DNA from: a virus
Taxonomy: Duplodnaviria > Caudoviricetes
Virus record (IMG/VR): IMGVR_UViG_3300005758_000174
Location: 1-24,004 of that record
Direction: 5' to 3' (one strand)
DNA: 24,004 bases
The notes beneath the pieces were generated by a model. That model worked only from the letters and a program-made list of their open reading frames with translations. It searched no databases and was not told the origin of the DNA. Position 1 is the stretch's first letter. Every line of letters begins with the position of its first letter. Positions 1-7,805 of the stretch are shown here, one piece after another. The position numbers were made by a program, and so were the translations under genes.

Positions 1-1
1 A

Positions 2-346
2 TTCAGGACCGTTTGGATTGTCGAAGTACATGTCTACTGGAGCAATAGTTGCTGAAACAGTACCGCTAGCAGTTGACAAATCAACCGGAGTGCTATTTAC
101 GTTAGCGTTCAAGGGAGTTGCTGAAACAGTAAATGTACTATTATTTCCTGCATCAACTACCTTAAGAATCCAATATAGTGTGCCTGCTACTAGTCCGCCG
201 ATGTTGCTAGCAACGACAAAAGGCATACCTGCGATAATACCAAGATTAGTGAAGTTTGCTGAGGTTGTTACTAGATCAGTAGCAGCGGTTGTGTTTGTGA
301 TTGTTACGACTGCCTGTGCTTTAGCAATCTTTAGTGGACGTCCCAT
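2..346 (-). CDS. Probable virion structural protein, 5' part only (runs off the left edge); MGRPLKIAKAQAVVTITNTTAATDLVTTSANFTNLGIIAGMPFVVASNIGGLVAGTLYWILKVVDAGNNSTFTVSATP...
   Basis: Not in the ORF track; translated by hand. ATG at 346 is preceded by a strong SD (TAAGGAG) and a TAAATA motif at 429-434, and the frame is open to the window edge. The Thr/Ala/Val-rich 'GL.AGT.Y.I....NSTFTVS.T' segment resembles a segment of the neighbouring tail fibre. Confidence 0.8.
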   Translation of the reverse strand, partial: MGRPLKIAKAQAVVTITNTTAATDLVTTSANFTNLGIIAGMPFVVASNIGGLVAGTLYWILKVVDAGNNSTFTVSATPLNANVNSTPVDLSTASGTVSATIAPVDMYFDNPNGPE

Positions 347-365
347 TTGTTTTCTCCTTATAATT

Positions 366-422
366 GAGGGTTCTAGCCTCTACGCGGTGGGTGCCGCATA
401 AACAATCTCACCACGAGATTGT
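366..422 (-). ncRNA. Candidate structured 5' leader (three adjacent hairpins) upstream of the 346 gene
   Basis: Minus strand: ACAATCTC-GTGGT-GAGATTGT (8 bp), TATGCGG-CACCCA-CCGCGTA (7 bp with a G-U that pairs only on the minus strand), GAGG-CTAGAAC-CCTC (4 bp). It lies between the late promoter and the SD. Confidence 0.5.
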
Positions 423-428
423 GTAATG

Positions 429-434
429 TATTTA
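429..434 (-). promoter_or_regulatory. T4-like late promoter core TAAATA
   Basis: GATAAATAC in the intergenic region. The same motif recurs upstream of 7 other genes in the window. Confidence 0.7.
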
Positions 435-450
435 TCTTTATTACGAAAAA

Positions 451-702
451 TTAAGGAGCTAACTTCCAGGGTCTACCTTGGTCTGGAAGAAGCGCGCGGT
501 CTGCCCATGTAGTGAATACGTTGTATTCTCTATAATATGGCTCGCCTACTGCGCTTCTAATAGGTTCGCTAACATACAATAACTTTAAGCTAGCTTTGGC
601 TTCTTGTAGTGTGAGACCTTGTGCTAATGCTAAAGCTGGAGCTTCTGTTTCAATATAGTCGTTCCAGCTATCATAACCTACTGGTACTGGGGGAAGTGCC
701 AT
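451..702 (-). CDS. Hypothetical protein, 83 aa (possible tail fibre-associated protein)
   Basis: TAATG stop/start overlap with the tail fibre gene; no recognisable motif. Confidence 0.65.
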   Translation of the reverse strand: MALPPVPVGYDSWNDYIETEAPALALAQGLTLQEAKASLKLLYVSEPIRSAVGEPYYREYNVFTTWADRALLPDQGRPWKLAP

Positions 703-3700
703 TATAGTCGTCCTACTGCTACTTCAATGACGCCTTCATAACCGTCAAAGTCTTCCAACGCTTTACCAATGACTGTACCGATAGTTGGGAAGTATTCAGG
801 ACGAGCAAATCCATTTCCACCTGAAATGAGCATGTCACCCTTCTTGATCTTACCACGAACTTTACACGGCACACGTCCTTGTAGAGCGATTGCTGTCAAC
901 AATCCAGGGCATGTTGCGTTCATAACATACGCAGGGTTAGTTGACACTACGCCAGCTACTTTATTTGTTCCGTCTTCTGCGATAGTGACTTCCTTATCGC
1001 CTCCGAACATCAATACAGTTCCTGGTTCATATATGTCATCGGCCTCATAGTATTCTGCCAAGTCAGCGTAAGTAGCTTGCATTCTAGAACCAGCAGTTAG
1101 TGTCCAGTTGCCGGTAATACTACCAGCAGTAGTATTGGCCCCTGTAGTTAATGTTGTACCAAATAATGTAGCAGATGTTCCGCCGACTGTAGAGTTAGAT
1201 ACGATGTTTCCGTTCACATTTAAAGCATTTGTAGCATAGTTAAATGTAAAGTTTGCGCTGGCGGCAAGCAGTCCTACAGCATTATATTGAATCTGAGTAT
1301 TTGAACCAGCAGCGCCGCCGATGACGCTACCCTGACTTACCCAAGATAGGTTACCTGAACCATCAGTTGACAATAGTTGTCCGCTTGACCCGCCGGTCAA
1401 AATGACGTTACCGTTGCTGCCGAGATTAGCTTTAGCGCCGGTAAAGTTGATGTTTCCTGCGAAGTTCGAAACACCAGAGACGGACAACGAGCTTAATGTA
1501 CCGACACTAGTAATGTTGGGTTGTGCTGCTGTTGTCAATGTACCTGTTAGTAATGAAGCACCTATTGTACCTGAGTTAGCATAGACATTGCCAGCAGTAG
1601 CATTACCAGTGACGCTCAAGCTTGATAGAGTACCAACACTTGTAATATTTGGTTGAGCATTTGTTGTTACTGTACCGGCAGTTGTAGCAGAACCAGCAGT
1701 ATCAGCATTTAGATTTGCGACTTGTGTGGTTGAAGTTACTACGAAAGGAGCAGTACCAGTTGCTACGTTACTGATTAACTGAGGAGCAGTAACATTTGCG
1801 GTAGCAAGTAGCTGTGCTGCACCCAAGTTACCTACGTTAGCATTGCCTGACACACCTAACGTACCAGAGACATTAGCACCAGTTGAAGTAGCCGTGATTC
1901 TTGCTCCACCGACTGCGTTTATAGTAATATTGCCGTTAGCGGTGATAGTTACATTTGAATTTCCGTTTTGTAACAAGCCACTGTTGATAGTGGAAATGTT
2001 ACCCACTGTAGCGATCAGTGTAGATGTGCCTAAGTTGCCAGTGTTGGCATTACCTGAAACGTCTAGTGAGGTTAATGTACCCACGCTCGTAATGTTGGGT
2101 TGAGCATTTGTTGTTAGCGTACCAGTGAGTGTAGTAGCCGAAAGACTTGTTAAACCAGCGACTGTAGTTGTAGTAGCACCTAACGTTAGTGTAGTGCTGC
2201 CCAATGTCAGTGTTGAATTAGCTAGTCGTGCTTGAGCAAGAGTACCGGTTGAAATGTTACTTGCGTTAAGCGAAGTGATGCCAGATCCATTACCGTTGAT
2301 CACCCCAGAAATGTTAGCGTTTGCAGTTACATTTAAGTTTCCGGCTACGTTCGCATTAGCACCAACTGACAATACGTTTCCGATCGAAGTGTTATTAGCA
2401 CTTAGATTTGAGGTTACATCTAGTAAGGTTACTGAGAGATTTCCGGTAGCAGCGTTAAACGAAATGTTGGCATTTGCTCCTAAAGCACGATTGCCAGTGC
2501 CGCTGCTGTTTACGAATACAGGATAGAATGTTCCTGTTGTTTGAGCAGTTACTACTTGGAAGTCTGATACGTTAGCGTATGAAACGTTCAAGTTTGCTAC
2601 TCTGTCAGTACTTGTTACAGTGAACGGTGCTGCTACACCTGTTGCTACGTTTGAAATAAATCTCGTAGCAGTAGCAACTCCGTTAGCATTTAGATTTCCT
2701 ACATTAGCGTTTCCGTTAACATTTAAAATCTGACTGGTATAGTCCCAAGTAAAGTTGCTGTCGCCGTCTAATAGATTACTATTATTATATTGTACTGAGT
2801 TAGTTGTTCCGCCGGCGTTTGCTGTGCCTGAGCCACCTACGCTAGTAATTGCTCTACCGCCTGTTGTATAGACAAAGCCAGTAAGTCCACTAGTTGTTCT
2901 AGGACTAAATGTATTTCCACCTACTGTTTCTGAGATAGTAATCCATGTATTAGGTGCCGAAGTGTCTTTAGTTTTAACGTAATAGGTTTGTCCTACAATG
3001 ATATCACTGTTAGCAGTATCTACGTTTCCTCCAAATATAATCGGATCGTTGACAGTAAAGGGTGTAGCATCACTTACAGTAATTTGGTCAGTGCCAGTAT
3101 CGGTAGCCGTTACGTTTGCATATGGGAAAGTACCGTAAGCAGTAGAGTTTACTGGTGTGGTGAATGAAGAATCAGTATATAGAGAGAAAGAGTTGGATGA
3201 GATTACGTTAGCATAATAGCTGCCGCCGTTTAATTGTGTCATTCCCGGAACATTAGTTATAGTAACCAATGCTCCTTCAGTGAAGAAATTATCTTCTGCG
3301 GTTGTGATCACGCATGGGCTGGCTTTAGTAGCATTCTGGATTGAAGCACTTATAGTAGACTTAGGAGTCCAAGATAGATTACCTGTACCATCAGTTTCGA
3401 GAACATAACCAATTGCGCCGCCAGTAAGCTTGACGTTAGCAACATCACCTAGAGTTATTAATCCTCCAGCAGTGCCGCCACGATTTACCCAGTTAGTACC
3501 GTCGTAAGTAAGCAACTGACCATCAGCAATCGTAATATTACTAATGTTTAGATTGCCAACAGAACCATTAATCTGGTTGAAGTCAATAGTAGAATATGAG
3601 GTTAGAACTTCAATGTTCTCGTTTGGTGTAGTTTTACCAATAAACAATCGTTTAGCATCACTGGCCCAACCAAATTCAGCCTCATCTAACTGAGGCAGGT

Positions 3701-3752
3701 CTACCAAATTACCTGAACGTTGTTGGATTTTTGAAATTTGTACAATTGCCAT
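702..3752 (-). CDS. Tail fibre/spike protein, 1016 aa: Mtd-N-like N-terminal anchor, FCCH-like beta module, internal repeats, C-terminal intramolecular-chaperone (peptidase G2/IMC-like) domain
   Basis: N-terminal MAIVQISKIQQRSG..LPQL..AEFGWA.D..RLFIG; G/T/N/A-rich body; ATKASPCVITT...VTITNVPGMTQLNG module; C-terminal YADLAEYY...PGTV..FGG..E...GVVSTNPAY.MN...ALQGRVPCKV.G...KGD.L...GTVIGKALE. Confidence 0.85.
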   Translation of the reverse strand: MAIVQISKIQQRSGNLVDLPQLDEAEFGWASDAKRLFIGKTTPNENIEVLTSYSTIDFNQINGSVGNLNISNITIADGQLLTYDGTNWVNRGGTAGGLITLGDVANVKLTGGAIGYVLETDGTGNLSWTPKSTISASIQNATKASPCVITTAEDNFFTEGALVTITNVPGMTQLNGGSYYANVISSNSFSLYTDSSFTTPVNSTAYGTFPYANVTATDTGTDQITVSDATPFTVNDPIIFGGNVDTANSDIIVGQTYYVKTKDTSAPNTWITISETVGGNTFSPRTTSGLTGFVYTTGGRAITSVGGSGTANAGGTTNSVQYNNSNLLDGDSNFTWDYTSQILNVNGNANVGNLNANGVATATRFISNVATGVAAPFTVTSTDRVANLNVSYANVSDFQVVTAQTTGTFYPVFVNSSGTGNRALGANANISFNAATGNLSVTLLDVTSNLSANNTSIGNVLSVGANANVAGNLNVTANANISGVINGNGSGITSLNASNISTGTLAQARLANSTLTLGSTTLTLGATTTTVAGLTSLSATTLTGTLTTNAQPNITSVGTLTSLDVSGNANTGNLGTSTLIATVGNISTINSGLLQNGNSNVTITANGNITINAVGGARITATSTGANVSGTLGVSGNANVGNLGAAQLLATANVTAPQLISNVATGTAPFVVTSTTQVANLNADTAGSATTAGTVTTNAQPNITSVGTLSSLSVTGNATAGNVYANSGTIGASLLTGTLTTAAQPNITSVGTLSSLSVSGVSNFAGNINFTGAKANLGSNGNVILTGGSSGQLLSTDGSGNLSWVSQGSVIGGAAGSNTQIQYNAVGLLAASANFTFNYATNALNVNGNIVSNSTVGGTSATLFGTTLTTGANTTAGSITGNWTLTAGSRMQATYADLAEYYEADDIYEPGTVLMFGGDKEVTIAEDGTNKVAGVVSTNPAYVMNATCPGLLTAIALQGRVPCKVRGKIKKGDMLISGGNGFARPEYFPTIGTVIGKALEDFDGYEGVIEVAVGRL
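1500..2124 (-). repeat. Three copies of the peptide repeat GT(L/V)TT(N/A)AQPNITSVGTL(T/S)SL inside the tail fibre (approx. 1500-1545, 1621-1676, 2064-2124)
   Basis: Directly visible in the translation; the DNA copies differ at synonymous positions. Confidence 0.85.
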
Positions 3753-3781
3753 AAGCGTAATCTTTATCCATTGATTACACT

Positions 3782-3787
3782 TATTTA
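3782..3787 (-). promoter_or_regulatory. T4-like late promoter core TAAATA for the tail fibre gene
   Basis: CATAAATAAG, 30 nt upstream of the ATG at 3752. Confidence 0.7.
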
Positions 3788-3800
3788 TGCTTTGGCGTTC

Positions 3801-4487
3801 TTAAACGAATTTGGTGTAGTATTCTTCTACTCGTTTCCACCATCGATCAGACCAAGTATCGAATTCATTGCCTTCTACAATAAACTCTTGATACTCACCT
3901 GCTGCGGAGCACATAAAGATTACGCCCTTACGAATCTTTGTACCATAGACCTCATTATGTGCGTTGGCATATGCTGTCAACTGTAAGAAATAATCTTCAA
4001 TCCATTCACGCTTCTTGGGCTTGTTAGTCTGCTTGTGGTCCATGATAGCTTCATCAGTACCATGTATGCCAACTAAGTCTGTGGTCCCAGCATAAATTTT
4101 AGGAAAATATAAAGATACTTCCGTGCCCCAGAACTCGGGGCAGTTGGATAGGCCTTTAGATATGATTGTATGCGCCATCGAATGAGATTGCTTGCTATAC
4201 GGATTGCTTCCGGGCTCACCTGTTTCTCCATTAAGTATATAGTTCTCTAGATACTTATGCATTCTGGTGCCTCTTCCAGCCGCTTCGGTTGTAATTTCTT
4301 TGGCTTTTTGTTCACCTACTCGTCGGCGCCATTCGATCAGTGCCTTCTTTGCTTCAAGTGGTTTGGTTGCGTCAAGAATTGTAGTGACGCTCGGTAGCTT
4401 TTCTCCGTCTGGAGTTACGTACTTACGACCTTCTTCGGTCGATTCTCGCTTCATTTCATCATATGAAAATTTATTAGTTATAGCCAA
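3801..4487 (-). CDS. PD-(D/E)XK (RecB/Cas4-like, MGME1-like) exonuclease
   Basis: LPSVTTIL, RGTRMH, TEVSLY, YAGTTDLVG, IMDHKQT and DYFLQLTAYA motifs. Confidence 0.85.
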   Translation of the reverse strand: MAITNKFSYDEMKRESTEEGRKYVTPDGEKLPSVTTILDATKPLEAKKALIEWRRRVGEQKAKEITTEAAGRGTRMHKYLENYILNGETGEPGSNPYSKQSHSMAHTIISKGLSNCPEFWGTEVSLYFPKIYAGTTDLVGIHGTDEAIMDHKQTNKPKKREWIEDYFLQLTAYANAHNEVYGTKIRKGVIFMCSAAGEYQEFIVEGNEFDTWSDRWWKRVEEYYTKFV

Positions 4488-5224
4488 TCTATGTCTCTCT
4501 TAGATCCAGGGGAGTAGCGTTCAGCATACTCCTGTAATGTAGTAAATTCTTGATTAATTGTTGAGGGCTGTCCATATCGCAATAGCAATTCACCGTAAAT
4601 ATATGACGCCATCTCCGACTGAGCAATCACATCATCATGTCCGCACGGGAGTCGAGGATGCTTACTAGAAATTTCTGATAAGTTTTTAAGCTTGAATTTA
4701 TCAGAGTATACCTTCTGGTAAGGAAGAGGATAACGCCTTGCTACATCGCTAAGCATATCATCTGAGTCCGGCATAAAATCAGTAATCAAATAGTTAATGT
4801 TATGTAAATTAAGAAAATCTAAAACATATGATCTAATCATTAGCTTTTTACATGCTGAGACAAATGGATCATAGTTGTAGATACTAGCAAACGAGAAGTC
4901 TTCGTGTTTCATGTAAGCAGGATCATCTTTCATGCTTACAACACTGTAGTCACCTTCTTCTCTGAGGTATTCCTCTCTCCGAGAAGAATGCGAAAAGGCC
5001 AATACATAGAATGGATTGCTAGTTGAAGAATTTAAATAGTGATACTCGTACAGTCGGCGCATTATTCTATCGTTTCCGCCGCCACGACTACTAAGATTGA
5101 CAACAGGTACATTTAGCTTTTTAGCTAATAAAGCAGGCCAACTATCTTGTCTGGGATTTTCAAGGCCTTGTCCATAAGAAAGACTACAACCTATCACTAC
5201 TATATGAGATATAGTAACATTCAT
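4478..5224 (-). CDS. SGNH/GDSL-hydrolase-like protein
   Basis: VIGCSLSYG (block I Ser), SWPALLAKKL, NLSSRGGGNDRI (block II) and a C-terminal PCGHDD. ATG at 5224 is preferred to the TTG at 5230 because of the promoter position. Confidence 0.65.
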   Translation of the reverse strand: MNVTISHIVVIGCSLSYGQGLENPRQDSWPALLAKKLNVPVVNLSSRGGGNDRIMRRLYEYHYLNSSTSNPFYVLAFSHSSRREEYLREEGDYSVVSMKDDPAYMKHEDFSFASIYNYDPFVSACKKLMIRSYVLDFLNLHNINYLITDFMPDSDDMLSDVARRYPLPYQKVYSDKFKLKNLSEISSKHPRLPCGHDDVIAQSEMASYIYGELLLRYGQPSTINQEFTTLQEYAERYSPGSKRDIDWL

Positions 5225-5232
5225 TTGCAATT

Positions 5233-5261
5233 AGTATAACAACAAATTTGATGTAATTCAA
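5233..5261 (-). promoter_or_regulatory. sigma70-type promoter TTGAAT-N17-TATACT
   Basis: Near-consensus -35 and -10 with a 17-nt spacer, directly upstream of the ATG at 5224. Confidence 0.7.
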
Positions 5262-5270
5262 CTGTTATGG

Positions 5271-5612
5271 TTATTTTTTAAGGGCGTGTTTAGCCATCTG
5301 CTTAACAGTTTTCTTGTCTTGATCTTCTGGTTGATCTAATGAGTCAACGTCTCCGTAACCCTTGAATACTACGTTGTTACCTTGAATATTGTGAATCAAG
5401 TCTTTTAGTGGGGGAACTTTAATCATGTTGTATAGGTCATCGGTATCTAAGATGACATCATAGTTTTGAAAATAATCCAGCAAATCATCGACGGAGTAGT
5501 TGTTTGGATCAACTTCTCCGTCGTTAATTTCTTGTTCTAATTGATTTGTTAATGCGACAATTTGAGCAGTTAATGCGCTATTTTGTCTAGCATCAAATTC
5601 AAAGAGAAACAT
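5271..5612 (-). CDS. Acidic hypothetical protein, 113 aa (possible prohead/internal head protein)
   Basis: TAATG coupling to the upstream gene, N-terminal MFLFE, basic C-terminal tail. Confidence 0.7.
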   Translation of the reverse strand: MFLFEFDARQNSALTAQIVALTNQLEQEINDGEVDPNNYSVDDLLDYFQNYDVILDTDDLYNMIKVPPLKDLIHNIQGNNVVFKGYGDVDSLDQPEDQDKKTVKQMAKHALKK

Positions 5613-6328
5613 TATCTCTTTGCTCTACCTACTCCACCTGTTGCTGGTTCTTCATCATCAAGATCAGGGATGGGTGGAAGTTCAGCGCCGGGTTCTTCTG
5701 CTGGTGCTTCGGGAGCACCAAGTTCGCCGCCAGCATCTACATCAAGATCAACATCAAGTTCTTCTTCGCCGCCTAGACCAGGAGCTGCGAAAGCATCAGC
5801 GCCGGCTTGTCCAGTGAGTCCGCCCAATGCTGCCTTCAATGAAGTCTGAGCCTGCTGTAATGAAGAATTGAGTTGAGTCAATGCTTCGGTAGCTGACTGA
5901 CTGAAAGCATCACTTTCGTTAACGCCGATTTCGCTCTGGATCGAATCTACAAGAGCAGGAAGTTCCTTAACAAGCATGTCGTTAACATCTTCATACATCT
6001 TCTGTACCGAATCGATCATATCCTGAGCAGCAAGAATTACCTGTGATTTTTCGACTTCTTCGTTCTCAACAACAATACGAGGAGCCTTAGCAACCTTCAT
6101 GTGCTGTGTGAGGGCCTGTTCCATGAACACGAGCTTCAAGTAAGCAGGATTAGTCTGAGCCTTGTGAAACTCAGGCGAACGCTTTGATTCAGCGATTAGT
6201 CCCTTAACCTTAGATAGCATAGCTCTAGTCTTGCTTCTGTCTAGGTTAGATGGGTCAAAATCTACTGAAAAGCTTTCTTTGAGTGCTTTAACAGCAACAT
6301 TTTTATTGTCAAGGTCATTAAGTCTCAT
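5612..6328 (-). CDS. Putative prohead core/scaffold-like protein, 238 aa
   Basis: Helical/coiled-coil character, acidic Pro/Ala-rich tail ending GRAKR, several L/I-x-E sites, late promoter upstream. Function is inferred. Confidence 0.55.
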   Translation of the reverse strand: MRLNDLDNKNVAVKALKESFSVDFDPSNLDRSKTRAMLSKVKGLIAESKRSPEFHKAQTNPAYLKLVFMEQALTQHMKVAKAPRIVVENEEVEKSQVILAAQDMIDSVQKMYEDVNDMLVKELPALVDSIQSEIGVNESDAFSQSATEALTQLNSSLQQAQTSLKAALGGLTGQAGADAFAAPGLGGEEELDVDLDVDAGGELGAPEAPAEEPGAELPPIPDLDDEEPATGGVGRAKR

Positions 6329-6354
6329 AGGTTATTCTTCCGTGTTTGATGTAG

Positions 6355-6360
6355 TATTTA
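6355..6360 (-). promoter_or_regulatory. T4-like late promoter core TAAATA
   Basis: TGATAAATAC, abutting the stop codon of the upstream gene. Confidence 0.7.
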
Positions 6361-6843
6361 TCATAGATAATTAAATTTAGAATCCTTCTTAAGGAAATTT
6401 TTATCCTGAATTCTCTTAGAACTATTTATATAGTTGTTTAGTTCTGACAAAATCATCCTGCGCTTAAAAGTATCTTCTTGTAGCTTTATAGCAGAGATTG
6501 AGGTAGTAAACGAGTTCTTAGATTTTTTAATGATGTTCTTGTGTACAGCAATGTCTACAGCGATACTAGTAAGTTTCAAGTCTAGCTTTTGAAGTATGTT
6601 TGCCTCAGAATACTTTCCTGCGTTATGAAGGATACACCAAGCTGTAGCTGCTTTTAGTGAGGAAAAATCTAATCTATCGGTTGAATTCAAGCAATACACT
6701 TTATAGTACGTCAGGTTGTTGATGACCACATATTTACCAAATAGGTAATATGTTCCGGTGTTATCCTGCGTAACCAGCACTTCTTTAAGTTCAGAGCTAA
6801 GCTCCGATTCAATGAAGTTGGCAAGCTTCTTTACTTTGTTCAT
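6361..6843 (-). CDS. Hypothetical protein, 160 aa
   Basis: ATGA overlap with the upstream gene; no recognisable motif. Confidence 0.7.
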   Translation of the reverse strand: MNKVKKLANFIESELSSELKEVLVTQDNTGTYYLFGKYVVINNLTYYKVYCLNSTDRLDFSSLKAATAWCILHNAGKYSEANILQKLDLKLTSIAVDIAVHKNIIKKSKNSFTTSISAIKLQEDTFKRRMILSELNNYINSSKRIQDKNFLKKDSKFNYL

Positions 6844-7277
6844 ACTACCTCAAAATGTATATTCTTTAATTCGACTGTTGTATCTAAAAATTTAGGACAC
6901 AATGGATGTTGATTGTCACACATTATCATAGGAACTCCGTTACAATCATTGTAGAGAGAACCTAATGGTATAATACCGTTTTCAAACACACTAGCATGTT
7001 GAACTTCAAACTCAAACTTCCAGCAGTACGTAGGCTGATCAGTGTCGTATAAAAATCCAAAGTACTCAAACGACTGACTATCCATTTCAAACTTAGTCGG
7101 TAACTTAACTATTTCAGGCTGCGATCTAAGAGAAATGACCTGTAACACAGTATCAAAATTACATTGTGTGTTTCTCTTGCGAAGCCATGAGTCAACATCG
7201 TCCTCAGTAGGTTTGGATCTATTCATCACTCCAGTATGAGTTATGTCAAACAGTGTATGGCATCTTATGCGGTACAT
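6840..7277 (-). CDS. Hypothetical phage protein, 145 aa (probably leaderless late mRNA)
   Basis: TLFDITHTGV...RNTQCNFDTVLQVISLRSQP; the ATG is 5 nt after TAAATA. Confidence 0.75.
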   Translation of the reverse strand: MYRIRCHTLFDITHTGVMNRSKPTEDDVDSWLRKRNTQCNFDTVLQVISLRSQPEIVKLPTKFEMDSQSFEYFGFLYDTDQPTYCWKFEFEVQHASVFENGIIPLGSLYNDCNGVPMIMCDNQHPLCPKFLDTTVELKNIHFEVV

Positions 7278-7282
7278 ACGAA

Positions 7283-7288
7283 TATTTA
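7283..7288 (-). promoter_or_regulatory. T4-like late promoter core TAAATA (predicted +1 at or near the ATG at 7277)
   Basis: CTAAATATTCGTATG, immediately downstream of a terminator. Confidence 0.7.
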
Positions 7289-7295
7289 GAGTAAT

Positions 7296-7328
7296 AAAAA
7301 ACCCGGGAATAAATTAATATTCCCGGGT
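7296..7328 (-). terminator. Rho-independent terminator
   Basis: Perfect 11-bp stem ACCCGGGAATA/TATTCCCGGGT with a 6-nt loop, followed by a T run on the minus strand, downstream of the 124-aa gene. Confidence 0.9.
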
Positions 7329-7353
7329 CCTATTATGTTACGATTACCAACTA

Positions 7354-7728
7354 TTAGTTAGTGAAGGTTGCCGAAGCAGCTACCGATACGTTTGCGCTTG
7401 TCCAAGCTGCTGTCAAAGCAGTGTCAAGGGTAGCAGTTGTCCATGCACCAGTTGGGTACACAGCAATTGCTAGAGTGTCGTCGGTTGCGTTGGTGTATTC
7501 ATACATGTATACAGTAGCAAGCTGCTGAACAGTCTGGAATACTGCGTTGATGTTGTCAGCTACCTGTGAACCATTGCCAGTGATTGTGAAGAAGTCAAGC
7601 TTTGGACCCTGAGGCTGAACGGTTACACCTGAGTCGATTGCTGAGGTTGAACCTTCGTTGGTGTATGATGGTGCGTCGAGCCATAGAACTTGCTGGAAGT
7701 CACCGTTTACTCTTGTGAATTGTGCCAT
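7354..7728 (-). CDS. Probable abundant virion structural protein, 124 aa (capsid decoration-like?)
   Basis: Has its own late promoter, strong SD (TAAGGAAAACGAAAATG) and terminator; Thr/Ala-rich with few basic residues. Function is inferred. Confidence 0.65.
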   Translation of the reverse strand: MAQFTRVNGDFQQVLWLDAPSYTNEGSTSAIDSGVTVQPQGPKLDFFTITGNGSQVADNINAVFQTVQQLATVYMYEYTNATDDTLAIAVYPTGAWTTATLDTALTAAWTSANVSVAASATFTN

Positions 7729-7771
7729 TTTCGTTTTCCTTATATAAATGTGAGCGCATAGCTCATAATTT

Positions 7772-7777
7772 TATTTA
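7772..7777 (-). promoter_or_regulatory. T4-like late promoter core TAAATA, with a small leader hairpin TGAGC/GCTCA at 7751-7765
   Basis: GAATAAATAAA in the intergenic gap. Confidence 0.7.
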
Positions 7778-7805
7778 TTCCTAAACGAAAAAAACTCGGT
7801 TTTGA

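Noticed and set aside
366-382. Plus-strand GAGGGTTCTAGCCTCTA resembles the start of a preQ1-I riboswitch aptamer (AGAGGUUCUAG...CCUCU)
   Set aside because: The loop is only 7 nt, the A-rich 3' tail needed for the pseudoknot is absent, and it is antisense to the downstream gene.
1500-2124. Repeats that might be a CRISPR-like or DNA-level array
   Set aside because: They are in-frame peptide repeats with synonymous divergence and irregular spacing inside a CDS.
18-2526. Plus-strand ORFs 18-401, 769-1050, 1402-1584, 1843-2103 and 2254-2526
   Set aside because: They are antisense shadows of the minus-strand structural genes, with no SD, promoter or protein motifs.
3600-3752. Mtd-like N-terminus of the tail fibre suggesting a diversity-generating retroelement
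   Set aside because: No reverse transcriptase, no TR/VR pair and no C-type lectin tip in the window; the resemblance covers only the anchor domain.
7785-7805. T-run after the ligase-like gene as a terminator
   Set aside because: Only a weak AAAAC/GTTTT stem precedes it; it is better explained as the T-tract upstream of the late promoter.
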